From: an uncultured Verrucomicrobiae bacterium
Lineage (GTDB): Bacteria; Verrucomicrobiota; Verrucomicrobiia; Limisphaerales; Palsa-1400
Assembly (NCBI GenBank): GCA_963702845.1
Contig: OY969763.1
Coordinates: 5,856,001 to 5,920,000, forward strand
Direction: 5' to 3'
DNA: 64,000 nt
In this document: positions 9,054 to 18,741 of the stretch, piece after piece
How positions within the stretch are numbered: position 1 is the stretch's first letter
Layout of the letters: every line of letters starts with the position of its first letter
Notes under the pieces: model-generated
What the model saw: the letters and a program-made list of their open reading frames with translations, nothing else
The model's database searches: none
Told to the model about the DNA's origin: nothing
Made by a program: the position numbers and the translations under genes

Positions 9054-10172
9054 ATGGAAGATTATAGCGGCTGGAGTAAGGCCAAGTTGATCGAGCGGAT
9101 GGCCTCCCTCAAGCAGTATAACTTGCAATCTCAAGCCTTATCGGACCTCGACCGCGAGACGGCCCAAGCCGCCTTACGCGACAGCGAAGAGCGGCTTCGC
9201 GCTATTTTGAACACGGCTGTCGAAGGGATCATCACCATCGACGACCGTGGTCGGATCGAGACGATGAATACTGCTGCGGAACGAATCTTCGGCTATTCCG
9301 CTAGCGAACTCGTTGGCAAGAACGTGAAAGTTCTCATGCCCACGCCGTATCGCGAGCATCACGATGGCTACCTCAATAATTACAAGCGCACGGGCCATGC
9401 TAAGATCATCGGCGTCGGACGTGAAGTCGTTGGCCAGCGTAAGGATGGAACAACGTTCCCGATGGATCTCGCCGTCAGCCAGGTAAAGCTTCACGACAGG
9501 ATGATTTTTGCTGGGTTCGTCCGCGACATCACCGATCGCAAACGTCTCGAAAAAGAAATCCTTCAGATCAGCGAATTGGAACAGCATCGCATCGGCCAGG
9601 ACCTTCATGACGGTATTTGCCAGCATATGACCGCAATCGAATTGATGGCTGAGGTGCTGGAAACGAAGCTTCGGAAGCAAGCGAAAGCGTTGGCGACCGA
9701 TGCGGAGAAGATTTCGCGAGAAGTTCGCGAGGTCATCAGCCAAACGCGAGCGTTGTCGCGTGGTCTGTCGCCGGTTTTGCTCGAGTCGGAAGGACTGATG
9801 TCTGCGCTAAAAGAGTTGGCGTCCAACACCCACGATATGTTCCGCGTGTCGTGCCAGTTCTTTTGCCTCAAACCGGTGTTGATCGATGATCTCACGACGG
9901 CGACGCATTTGTATCGCATCGCGCAGGAAGCGGTCAGCAATGCAATCAAGCATGGCAAGGCTCGTGAAATTCAAATCGTGCTGTCGTCGGAAGGCGAAAC
10001 GCTGACCCTCGCAATCCAGGACAACGGCGTCGGGTTGCAAACGCCCACACAAAAGAAGAAAGGTATGGGCTTGCAGGTGATGAAGTACCGGGCCGGCATT
10101 ATCGGCGGTTCGGTCGACGTTCGCAAATCGGATATGGGCACTCGCGTTATCTGCACTCTCGCTCGACACTAA
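9054..10172 (+). CDS. Cytoplasmic histidine kinase: FixL-like heme PAS + HisKA_3 + HATPase
   Basis: LMPTPYREHHDGY...IIGVGREVVGQRKDGTTFPM matches the FixL PAS; RIGQDLHD; QEAVSNAIKH; DNGVG. Confidence 0.9.
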   Translation: MEDYSGWSKAKLIERMASLKQYNLQSQALSDLDRETAQAALRDSEERLRAILNTAVEGIITIDDRGRIETMNTAAERIFGYSASELVGKNVKVLMPTPYREHHDGYLNNYKRTGHAKIIGVGREVVGQRKDGTTFPMDLAVSQVKLHDRMIFAGFVRDITDRKRLEKEILQISELEQHRIGQDLHDGICQHMTAIELMAEVLETKLRKQAKALATDAEKISREVREVISQTRALSRGLSPVLLESEGLMSALKELASNTHDMFRVSCQFFCLKPVLIDDLTTATHLYRIAQEAVSNAIKHGKAREIQIVLSSEGETLTLAIQDNGVGLQTPTQKKKGMGLQVMKYRAGIIGGSVDVRKSDMGTRVICTLARH

Positions 10173-10177
10173 ATCAA

Positions 10178-10855
10178 ATGCCCTCTACCAAAAACACGTC
10201 AGCGAAAAAACGGATCTTCATCGTCGACGATCATCCGATGATGCGACAGGGCCTCGCCCAGTTGATCCAGAACGAGAAGGACCTCGAGATTGTCGGCGAA
10301 GCCGAGAACGCGGCACAGGCCTTCGAAGCCGTACGAAAGTTGAAGCCCGATTTGTTACTCGCCGATATCACGTTGCCGGACAAGAGCGGCCTTGAATTGA
10401 TTAAGGACATTCGGGCTGCGGGCGGCGAGGGAATTTCTATTCTCGTAATTTCGATGCACGACGAGGCTCTCTACGTTGAACGCGTCCTGCGGGCGGGCGG
10501 GCGAGGTTACATCATGAAACAAGAGGGCGGCAAGAAATTGATGGTCGCCATCCGTCAGGTGTTGGGCGGACAGATTTACGTTAGCGAAAAAATGTCGTCG
10601 AAGATTCTGGAGATTTTTTCCGGTCGCCGTCCCGACGCTTCCAGTTCACCTGTCGAAAAATTGACCGACCGCGAATTTGAGGTGTTCCAATTGATCGGAA
10701 AAGGGCTGACGACGTTGCAAATGGCCAACGAACTTCATGTCAGCACAAAGACGATCGAAGTCCATCGCGCCAATATCAAAGCGAAGCTCAACATGAAGAC
10801 TGCACCGGAGTTACTCCGCTATGCGGTGCGATGGGCAGAGTCGCAATCGTCGTAG
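10178..10855 (+). CDS. NarL/LuxR-family response regulator
   Basis: IVDDHPMMR receiver; LTDREFEVFQLIGKG...STKTIEVHRANIKAKL HTH. Confidence 0.93.
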   Translation: MPSTKNTSAKKRIFIVDDHPMMRQGLAQLIQNEKDLEIVGEAENAAQAFEAVRKLKPDLLLADITLPDKSGLELIKDIRAAGGEGISILVISMHDEALYVERVLRAGGRGYIMKQEGGKKLMVAIRQVLGGQIYVSEKMSSKILEIFSGRRPDASSSPVEKLTDREFEVFQLIGKGLTTLQMANELHVSTKTIEVHRANIKAKLNMKTAPELLRYAVRWAESQSS

Positions 10856-10893
10856 TCGCGCGGTGACTGGGCGACGCGGGTGGGTTGAGGTTT

Positions 10894-11931
10894 TTAGTAA
10901 ACAGAGCTGGTTTGCACGAAGGTCTTCACAGCGCGATTCCCGGCGGTCATGGAGCGGAATAGCTCCGGCAATTGTGCCAACGTGCATTCGCCGTTGATGA
11001 ATTCGCGTGCCGGCACTTTGCCTGATTCGATCAACTGCAACGCGCGACGAATGGTGTGCGGCGTGTGGTGATAACTCGCGAGCAAGGTCAGGTTTGAATA
11101 GTGCAACCGGCCAGTGTCGAGTGACACGGTTGTTCCCGATGGACAACCGCCGAAGAAATTTACTTTGCCGCCTTTGCGGACGAGTTGCGCGGCGGCTTCC
11201 CACACTTCTGGTTTGCCGACGGCTTCGACGACTGCATCAAACGGTTTGGGCGCATTTTGTTTGATCGCGCCGACAAGGTCAGTCGCGCCGGTGACGTCGA
11301 TGGTTTTCTTTGCTCCAAGTTTCTGTGCGGCCTTCAACCGCGCTTCGCCGCGGCCGGCGACGGTCACGATGCATTTGGCATTTCGCGCAAGCGCAACGAA
11401 CATGAGCCCGAGCGGCCCGGAGCCAATGACGAGCACGCTCTCGCCTGCGCGCATTTTCAAATCTTCCCAACCTTGCACCGCGCAAGCGAGCGGCTCGGTC
11501 AGCGCTGCGTCTCGGAAGCTTGTTGTCTTTTTGAGGCGCAACATGTTTTTCTCAACGAGTCGTGCGGGGACGACGATGGATTCGGCGTAGGCGCCATTCA
11601 GGAAGAGCAAGTCGTCACAGAGATTTTCCTGGTCGTGCCTGCAAAAAAAGCAGCGGCCGCACGGTGCAGAGTTTGCGACGACGACGCGATCGCCCAGTTT
11701 CCAACCTTTCGCGCCCACGGCAATTTCGTAGATTTCGCCGGACAGTTCATGACCGAACACCGCCGGTGGGCGGATCATGGTTGCGTGGTAACCACGTTTG
11801 AAAACTTTCAGGTCAGTGCCGCACGTCAAAGCCGCGCGAATGTGCACTCGCACTTCACCGCGTTTGAGTTTGGAGGGTTGCACTTCCTCCACGCGGATGT
11901 CTTCGCGGCCATATAACACTGCTGCCTGCAT
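10894..11931 (-). CDS. Zn-dependent medium-chain dehydrogenase (threonine/sorbitol dehydrogenase-like)
   Basis: CGTD, GHE, CGRCFFC...C structural Zn site, GSGPLG. Confidence 0.9.
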   Translation of the reverse strand: MQAAVLYGREDIRVEEVQPSKLKRGEVRVHIRAALTCGTDLKVFKRGYHATMIRPPAVFGHELSGEIYEIAVGAKGWKLGDRVVVANSAPCGRCFFCRHDQENLCDDLLFLNGAYAESIVVPARLVEKNMLRLKKTTSFRDAALTEPLACAVQGWEDLKMRAGESVLVIGSGPLGLMFVALARNAKCIVTVAGRGEARLKAAQKLGAKKTIDVTGATDLVGAIKQNAPKPFDAVVEAVGKPEVWEAAAQLVRKGGKVNFFGGCPSGTTVSLDTGRLHYSNLTLLASYHHTPHTIRRALQLIESGKVPAREFINGECTLAQLPELFRSMTAGNRAVKTFVQTSSVY

Positions 11932-11990
11932 GCGCCCGAGCTTAGGAGTTGAACCCGAAACTTCAAATGCAATCAGGTGGTCGATGACCT

Positions 11991-14900
11991 TTATTCGCGC
12001 GCCAGATGCGTCGGTGTGAAGGATAGTTTCAGGCGCAACGTGGTGAAGCCATTTGCCTTGTAAGGAAACTTGATCGCACTGCCGGTTGTCAGCAGGCGCT
12101 GATGGTTTTCTTCAACCCCGTTGCAGAGGAACGCCTGGTCAGTTTCGAACAGCGGAAACTTCATTTCTGCGTCACCGGTTTTACCCGCGACTTCCTGCAG
12201 GCGCAGAATATAACCATCGCCGTCTTCGGCGGCTTTCAGCATGACGACCTGCAGATTTGCTGCGTCGATCGAGAGCAACGAACCGGCGTCGGCAGCAAGC
12301 GGGCGCGGCCATTTGGCGACTTTGGCATTGTGAACGGTGAAGTAACCGTAGGCGACTACTGGTGCGCGTGTATCGGCATCAAATTGCGCGAGCGCTTCGC
12401 GCGAAAGATTTTTTCCGCTGGTGATCGAATAGCAGAAACGGAAGGAGCCGCCCTGGGTCGCACGATAATTCGTGAACCAATAGTTATTCATGGCATACGA
12501 ATAAACGTGGCCGTTGCTGAGCTTCAGGTAAGTGGGCCAGCGGCCGCGGTTGATGTCGGTGAGCGTGAAAAGCGGCGCATCGGGTGTAGACCATGCGATC
12601 GAGAAATCACCGTCGCTGACGTGGATGAGATTTTGAGAAGTGAACCATTCGCGGCAGGCCCCCGGCATCTGATCGTCGTTGGGACGGACCCAGCCATTTT
12701 GGATTTGGTATTCTGCGCTCGGATTCGCCGATGCAAATGGATAGGCGAAATAAACCGCCTCCTTCGACCGCGTCTCGGTTTTTTCCAAAGTGTTGATCAC
12801 GTCCACGCGTTTGATATCGTCATACAACACGTATTCGCTTCGAATCGTCGGCAGGTTCTTTGTCGAGGTGACGATGACGATGCGATGGCCGAGTGACGTT
12901 TTGACGTTCTCAACAATTTTGGCGGTCGTCGGTTGATCGATCTTCAAATCGACGGGCGCCGATCCCCAATTGTGATTGAGAATCCGCGTATCCTCGCCGC
13001 CGCTGGCGTAAAGCGTCTCGTTCAGTTTGTATGCCGCGTTCGTGTCGGCCAGCTCGCGTTGTTCGGTTTTGTCGAAGAGAGATTTGATTCCGCCGGTTGT
13101 GGTATCGATCGTCAATTTGTAAAAACGATTCTCGATCGTGTTGCCGTCACTCTTCTTGTTTTCGCTGCCGCCGCCTTTGACGGGAAAACATTTGTAGCCA
13201 AACGCGGGAACGTCTTTCGCGAGGAAGCGCACGCGTTTCCAGCCGTCCTTGCCGCCAATGATATCCATTGGCGCGGACTTGCCAGTCGCCGGATCGATCA
13301 ACGTCTGGTTGTGATCTAATTCAACTTCAAGTGGCGCTGTTCGCATCGAGGGCTGGAAGTTAAACGCGACGACACAATTATTTTCCGCCGCGATATTTTG
13401 CACAAACCGATTGAATCCGCGCGCGAGCAGGTTGCGTGCATCGAGATTAGCGCGCGCGGCGTAGCTCTCTTTAATTTCCCACTGGCGCGTCACGAATTCG
13501 CGGTCCGGCTGACCGATGCTGTTGTGAGCGCCCCAGGTATGTTCGTCGTAGAACATGACGTTCTTCCAGGCCCCTTCGAATTCCTCAGCCGGATAGCGAT
13601 TGCGCGGTTGAAAAATGCTGGCGAGCGTAGCAGCGGTTTCGGCCGTCGGCAAAATGCGCTGGCTCTGCCGATTGAGAGTGGTGGCCTTGGCAGACGATCC
13701 TGCACCGTCTTCCCAATACGCGCCGCAATCCCCTCGATAGGTGCGCAGTTTGTCGCTGAAGTTTTTCTCGATGTAATTGAAGTAATCGCCGTCCGACCCA
13801 ACCACTAATTTCGGAAATTCATAGCGCTTGTTCCATTCCTCAATCACGGGTGCATCGGCGTTTTTTGGGATCGCAGCGTTGTCGACGTAAGCGCCGTAAA
13901 TCATGACGGCATCAGGATTGTAGTCATCCCGTTGGAACCGCGTGATAAATTGCGGGACGGTTGCTTCCATCGTGCGCACGCCCACGGCTGGACCGCCATC
14001 GGATCCGATCAACCGGCTGAGTTGGCGATAGCTGATCGCATACCACATCATGATCTTTTCGCCGTTCATCCCCTCCCAATAGTACGGCGAGTTTTCGTTT
14101 AGATCGCTGTATTGGAGAATCGGCGCGCGCGTTTGATTGCTGCCATTGGAGAAGGCCTTGACGCCAACATCCCTCAGTAGAGTCGGCAAAAACCAACTGT
14201 GCGATGGCGCGTCGGTGAGGCAGGCGAAATCGAAATTTGCGCCATGCTCACGATGCAGGCGATGAGTGAAATAGACCGCGCGATACAACTCTTCACCGGA
14301 ACAAATGCCGGTCATAAGATTGAGATAGAGCGCGTTCACGGTCGCGCGTTTGTGTGCGGCTTCATAGTAGAAGCGCTTGCAGTAATCGAGCGAGCGGCAG
14401 TTGAGATAATTTTCGACCAGCCACGACGTTTCGAAGTTGAACTTGTATTCGGGATGGGTGGCGAGCACGTCGAGCACGGTGTCGGTGTTGCGATTGTCCA
14501 GCTCATTCACGTGCGGTTGGAGGTCGGTGTAGCCGACGTCATTATGCACCTTGGGGCAGATATAGACTTTCCATTGTTTGGCCGGCTTAAATGCGCAAGC
14601 GGTGCTGCGAACGGAACCGTCGAGCGTCAGTTCGATATTGGCGTCGCCGGGTTTCAGGTTCGCGGGAATCTCGAATGTCTCGGTGAGAATGCCGAAGTCG
14701 TAGTTGGTGTTGCTGAACTGGTGAGAGAATCGTTTGCCGCCGATTTCGACAGTCGCTTTGCCATTGGAAAAACGTTCGTTGAAAGGAATCAGCAGATCGC
14801 AGCGTTCGTGCATCGTACCGTTTGTTTTCACATAAAAGATGGTCGGTTCAAGCCGGAGCATCTCACGCGGTTCTGTTTCGGCGCAGCGTTGCAACGTCAA

Positions 14901-16013
14901 TGAGTCATAGCTCAAGTTGCCAATGCCCATCGGTGTCAGCGTCAGTTTGTTTTTTTCCTGGAACCACTCAGGGCGCAGCGACGCTGTCAGCCGACCACGC
15001 GTCAGCAGCATTTCGTTTTCTTCCCGCTTCGTTTTTGCATGGCCGGCGGCGGATAGGCGAATGGGGAAGATGCCGCGACGACCGTTGAACTCGATTTGCA
15101 TTTGGTTCGGCGAGGCGGAGTGGAACACGGAATCGATGACGAGATCGTAGCTTTCACTTGGGTTCGTTTTCGTCTCAAACGTGATGGCGTAGGAGCGTCC
15201 GGCGCTCTGATTGCCTGGGAAATCGCGGCTGAGCACGCCCTTCTCGACGTCGTAGCCCGCCTGGTCCCGCGTGCCCGGCGCGAATTCCATCGATGTATCG
15301 TCGGTTTGTCCCATCGTCCAGAGCGGCTTGGTTTGTCCATGTGCGAATGACACCGAAAAAACCATCACGACAATCGCCGCAACGATTGCTTGCTTGCGCG
15401 GTTTTATTACGGCGAGGCAGACCAGAACAATCGCGAAACAAATAAGCAACACGCCGGGTATGTTCAATTTCGTGGCGGTAGTTGGCATTACGGGCGTTGC
15501 CACAGCAATGGATGGCGTTGGCGAAAACTCCACGCGCCGGTTTTGCGCATCCAAATGTGCCATCTGTTCACCTGACGATCCGCGATACGTAACTTCCGTG
15601 ATGTGCGAAACGCTGGTGATCGTCGTCAGATCTGAATTGATCGTGACGGGTTGCGAGCGCTGTGCCGGATAATGCGCCAGAAAGGTGAGGTGGTGTGAGC
15701 CTTCATCCATCATCGTCCCGACTGAATCCGATTTCACCGTCTTGCCATCCTCGCGGACTTCAAGGTGCGCCAAAATTTCTTTCGTGATGCTATCCTTTTG
15801 TTGCATCAGCACGGTTGCATCTTCCCAAGCACGACTCGACAGGAAGTTCAATTCGAATGGATTGATCGAGAGTTCAACATGCAGGTGATCGGAATCTGGC
15901 ACGACCGTGAGATAGCTGATCGGCAACGTGTGGCCGAAACAGAACAGTCGAGTCGTCAACAGGAGGACAACGGCACAAAATAGTGGCCGCCAAAGTTGGG
16001 TCGGTTTCATCAT
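11991..16013 (-). CDS. Large fusion: exported N-terminal domain + TM hairpin + CBM-like domain + GH38-like alpha-mannosidase
   Basis: HNDVGYTD, FYDEHTWG, YSYAMNNYWFTNY and LKAAEDGDGYILRL are GH38-type motifs; internal hydrophobic pair at ~15335-15470. Confidence 0.8.
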   Translation of the reverse strand: MMKPTQLWRPLFCAVVLLLTTRLFCFGHTLPISYLTVVPDSDHLHVELSINPFELNFLSSRAWEDATVLMQQKDSITKEILAHLEVREDGKTVKSDSVGTMMDEGSHHLTFLAHYPAQRSQPVTINSDLTTITSVSHITEVTYRGSSGEQMAHLDAQNRRVEFSPTPSIAVATPVMPTTATKLNIPGVLLICFAIVLVCLAVIKPRKQAIVAAIVVMVFSVSFAHGQTKPLWTMGQTDDTSMEFAPGTRDQAGYDVEKGVLSRDFPGNQSAGRSYAITFETKTNPSESYDLVIDSVFHSASPNQMQIEFNGRRGIFPIRLSAAGHAKTKREENEMLLTRGRLTASLRPEWFQEKNKLTLTPMGIGNLSYDSLTLQRCAETEPREMLRLEPTIFYVKTNGTMHERCDLLIPFNERFSNGKATVEIGGKRFSHQFSNTNYDFGILTETFEIPANLKPGDANIELTLDGSVRSTACAFKPAKQWKVYICPKVHNDVGYTDLQPHVNELDNRNTDTVLDVLATHPEYKFNFETSWLVENYLNCRSLDYCKRFYYEAAHKRATVNALYLNLMTGICSGEELYRAVYFTHRLHREHGANFDFACLTDAPSHSWFLPTLLRDVGVKAFSNGSNQTRAPILQYSDLNENSPYYWEGMNGEKIMMWYAISYRQLSRLIGSDGGPAVGVRTMEATVPQFITRFQRDDYNPDAVMIYGAYVDNAAIPKNADAPVIEEWNKRYEFPKLVVGSDGDYFNYIEKNFSDKLRTYRGDCGAYWEDGAGSSAKATTLNRQSQRILPTAETAATLASIFQPRNRYPAEEFEGAWKNVMFYDEHTWGAHNSIGQPDREFVTRQWEIKESYAARANLDARNLLARGFNRFVQNIAAENNCVVAFNFQPSMRTAPLEVELDHNQTLIDPATGKSAPMDIIGGKDGWKRVRFLAKDVPAFGYKCFPVKGGGSENKKSDGNTIENRFYKLTIDTTTGGIKSLFDKTEQRELADTNAAYKLNETLYASGGEDTRILNHNWGSAPVDLKIDQPTTAKIVENVKTSLGHRIVIVTSTKNLPTIRSEYVLYDDIKRVDVINTLEKTETRSKEAVYFAYPFASANPSAEYQIQNGWVRPNDDQMPGACREWFTSQNLIHVSDGDFSIAWSTPDAPLFTLTDINRGRWPTYLKLSNGHVYSYAMNNYWFTNYRATQGGSFRFCYSITSGKNLSREALAQFDADTRAPVVAYGYFTVHNAKVAKWPRPLAADAGSLLSIDAANLQVVMLKAAEDGDGYILRLQEVAGKTGDAEMKFPLFETDQAFLCNGVEENHQRLLTTGSAIKFPYKANGFTTLRLKLSFTPTHLARE

Positions 16014-16087
16014 CGTATTTGACGTTCGCCAGCCGCGGAGTTCGTTGATGTGGGTCAATAAGATTAGAACTGCTGCGTCGTCAGATA

Positions 16088-17608
16088 ATGCATATGAACA
16101 TTTTCAGGCGCATGATTCGGTTTGGTTGGCTCGTGATGACGTTAGCCACCGCGGCAAGTGCGGCTGAACCTGCCGTGATTCTGACGCCGAAACCCGGCCC
16201 GGCCCCGCGCGTGAATGGCCCAACCATTTACGGCGCGCGGTCCGGGCATCCGTTCCTCTATCGCATACCCGCGCAAGGAAAGCGGCCCATGGAGTTCTCG
16301 GTGAACAACCTGCCGGACACGCTGCAGGTCGATGCGAACACCGGAATTATTTCAGGGACGACGCCGGGACGCGGCACTTACGAGTTGGTGCTGTGCGCTA
16401 AAAATAAGGATGGCTCATCACAACGCGCGTTTCGTCTGGTCAGCGGAGACACGCTTTCACTCACGCCCTCGATGGGTTGGAACAGTTGGTATGCGCACTA
16501 CAGGCGCATTACGGACCCACTGATGCGCGAGGCTGCCGATGTTATGATTTCCAGCGGAATGGCCGATGTCGGCTACCAATACGTCAATGTCGATGACTGC
16601 TGGATGAACACAGAGAAGTCGAGCGATCCACGGCACGTAGGCCCGTTTCGCGATGATCACGGGAACATCATGCCGAACAAAAATTTCCCGGACATGAAAA
16701 GGCTCGCAGATTATATCCACAGCAAAGGATTGAAGGCCGGCCTTTATACGTCGCCAGGGCCGAAGACGTGCGCCGGTTGCGCGGGCAGTTACGAACATGA
16801 AAGCGAAGACGCGAAGCAGTTTTCGGATTGGGGTTATGACTTTCTGAAATACGACTGGTGCAGTTACGGGCATATCGCACCGAAGCCAGCGCCTTTGGCC
16901 GAACTCAAAAACCCGTACGCAGTTATGGGTGCTCTGCTCGAACAGCAAAATCGCGACATTCTCTTCAACCTTTGCCAGTACGGCATGGGCAACGTTTGGG
17001 AATGGGGTGCGGACGTCGGCGGTCAATCATGGCGCACGGCGGGTGACCTTGGGTATGAGTTGAACAAAATTTTTGCCGTCGCGCTGAAAAATTCAGAACA
17101 TCGCGGGTGGCAAAAACCGGGCGCGTGGAATGATCCGGACTATATCCAGATCGGTTACATCGGCAACGCGCGCGGCGGCGGGTTGCCTGCTCCGTGCCCT
17201 TTCACGCCCGACGAGCAATACTCGTTCATGTCTCTCTGGTGCTTGATGGCGTCGCCAATTTTTTATAGTGGCGACATGGCGAAGCTCGACGAGTTCACCT
17301 TAAACGTCCTCTGCAATCCAGAAGTGATCAATATCGATCAGGATGCGTTGGGTGAAGGCGCGAAAGTTGTGCGCCTGACGCCAACAACATTCCTGATGGT
17401 TAAGAATCTTGAAGACGGTGGACACGCCATCGGCTTGTGCAACGCAGGTGAAGCCGAAACGTTTATGACGGCGAACTGGTCGGTGCTCGGTTTCGGAAGC
17501 AAGCAACGCGTGCGCGATGTTTGGCGGCAGAAAAATATCGGCGCGATGGAACAGTTCGACACAGTTGTGCCGAAGCACGGCGTGGTTTTGCTACGCGTGT
17601 CCAGCTAG
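16088..17608 (+). CDS. Secreted GH27 alpha-galactosidase with N-terminal He_PIG-type Ig domain
   Basis: LTPSMGWNSW, YVNVDDCW, DFLKYDWC, WRTAGD, WNDPD. Confidence 0.92.
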   Translation: MHMNIFRRMIRFGWLVMTLATAASAAEPAVILTPKPGPAPRVNGPTIYGARSGHPFLYRIPAQGKRPMEFSVNNLPDTLQVDANTGIISGTTPGRGTYELVLCAKNKDGSSQRAFRLVSGDTLSLTPSMGWNSWYAHYRRITDPLMREAADVMISSGMADVGYQYVNVDDCWMNTEKSSDPRHVGPFRDDHGNIMPNKNFPDMKRLADYIHSKGLKAGLYTSPGPKTCAGCAGSYEHESEDAKQFSDWGYDFLKYDWCSYGHIAPKPAPLAELKNPYAVMGALLEQQNRDILFNLCQYGMGNVWEWGADVGGQSWRTAGDLGYELNKIFAVALKNSEHRGWQKPGAWNDPDYIQIGYIGNARGGGLPAPCPFTPDEQYSFMSLWCLMASPIFYSGDMAKLDEFTLNVLCNPEVINIDQDALGEGAKVVRLTPTTFLMVKNLEDGGHAIGLCNAGEAETFMTANWSVLGFGSKQRVRDVWRQKNIGAMEQFDTVVPKHGVVLLRVSS

Positions 17609-17620
17609 CCAAACCGCCGC

Positions 17621-18577
17621 CTACTCGACAAGGCGCATAGTGACGTTCTGGATAACCAGTTGTGACACCGTGCCGCCTCTTTGCTGGATCTTGATCGTCA
17701 TCGCCTGATCATTGTCCGAGCCGACCGCCACGCCTTGCTCGGGGTCAAACCAGGAACTGCCGTGAATCTTGCCTTTGTCGATGCTGAACGGAGTTGCGCC
17801 GGTGCTTTTTCCAGTGATCGTCCCGTCGTAGTCCAGCTTTACGCACTTATGTCCTTCGTGGTCTTCCCAATTGGCGAAAGTGAATTTTCCGTCGATGACC
17901 ATCTTTGCCATGCCGTACAAATTCATTTCCATCGAGTTTTTCCAGCTGTCGCCAGGGCTGACCGGATGATCCGGTAGCGCCTCACTCCAGCTGCACAAGC
18001 GCTTCAACACATCTTCGTTGAACATCGACTTCAGCATCTCCGAATTCTTGCTCCCCCGCGCGATACGGACCATGAAGTCGTCATAGCCGTCAATCCGTTC
18101 CAGTTTGTTATCAGGACCAAAAATGTAGCGGACCTTCCCGCCCACGATCTTTCGCAACGCCGGGGTGAATGGATCTTTTGTGTCTTTGCCGGTGTCGTGC
18201 GCGGAATCAAATGACATAAAAACCCGATCGCCGACGCGGCTTTCCATTTTTGTGGCGACAAATTCCAATTCAACCTGGTGGCCGCCATTGTCCAGTTGTT
18301 TCAGGGTGTTAATTGAGTAATCCCACGACATGTCCATCACCTGTTGAGTCGTTTGGCCTTGTTTGTTTTTCGACTGTTCCATTTGACTAGTCGTGGAAAT
18401 CGCCATTCGCTGAACGACTTTTTTGCCAGGCGTCCATTTGACTTTCAATTCGACAGCTGGCTCAGACGAATTAGAGGGCTTTGATTGTGCGACGCGCTCC
18501 TTTGATTTGGAACAACTCAACGCGAGTAGACAGACGGTGGCAATCGATAATGCAAAACGGACGGTTTGGGTTTTCAT
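17621..18577 (-). CDS. Hypothetical lipoprotein (DUF6263-like)
   Basis: Lipobox LALSC after MKTQTVRF; PVSPGDSW motif. Confidence 0.7.
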   Translation of the reverse strand: MKTQTVRFALSIATVCLLALSCSKSKERVAQSKPSNSSEPAVELKVKWTPGKKVVQRMAISTTSQMEQSKNKQGQTTQQVMDMSWDYSINTLKQLDNGGHQVELEFVATKMESRVGDRVFMSFDSAHDTGKDTKDPFTPALRKIVGGKVRYIFGPDNKLERIDGYDDFMVRIARGSKNSEMLKSMFNEDVLKRLCSWSEALPDHPVSPGDSWKNSMEMNLYGMAKMVIDGKFTFANWEDHEGHKCVKLDYDGTITGKSTGATPFSIDKGKIHGSSWFDPEQGVAVGSDNDQAMTIKIQQRGGTVSQLVIQNVTMRLVE

Positions 18578-18741
18578 ATATGTGCGGGTCCTCCAAGGCA
18601 ACAATAGCGATACAAATGTTGGCAATAGTTTGATGCAAGTCAACAAAATGGCGGCTAACGGTCCGTCTAATGTCCTGAATTGAACTCTCGAATCGCCGCT
18701 TTGTTCTGTGGCCGATCGCGCAGACGCTCGGTGGTCCTGCG

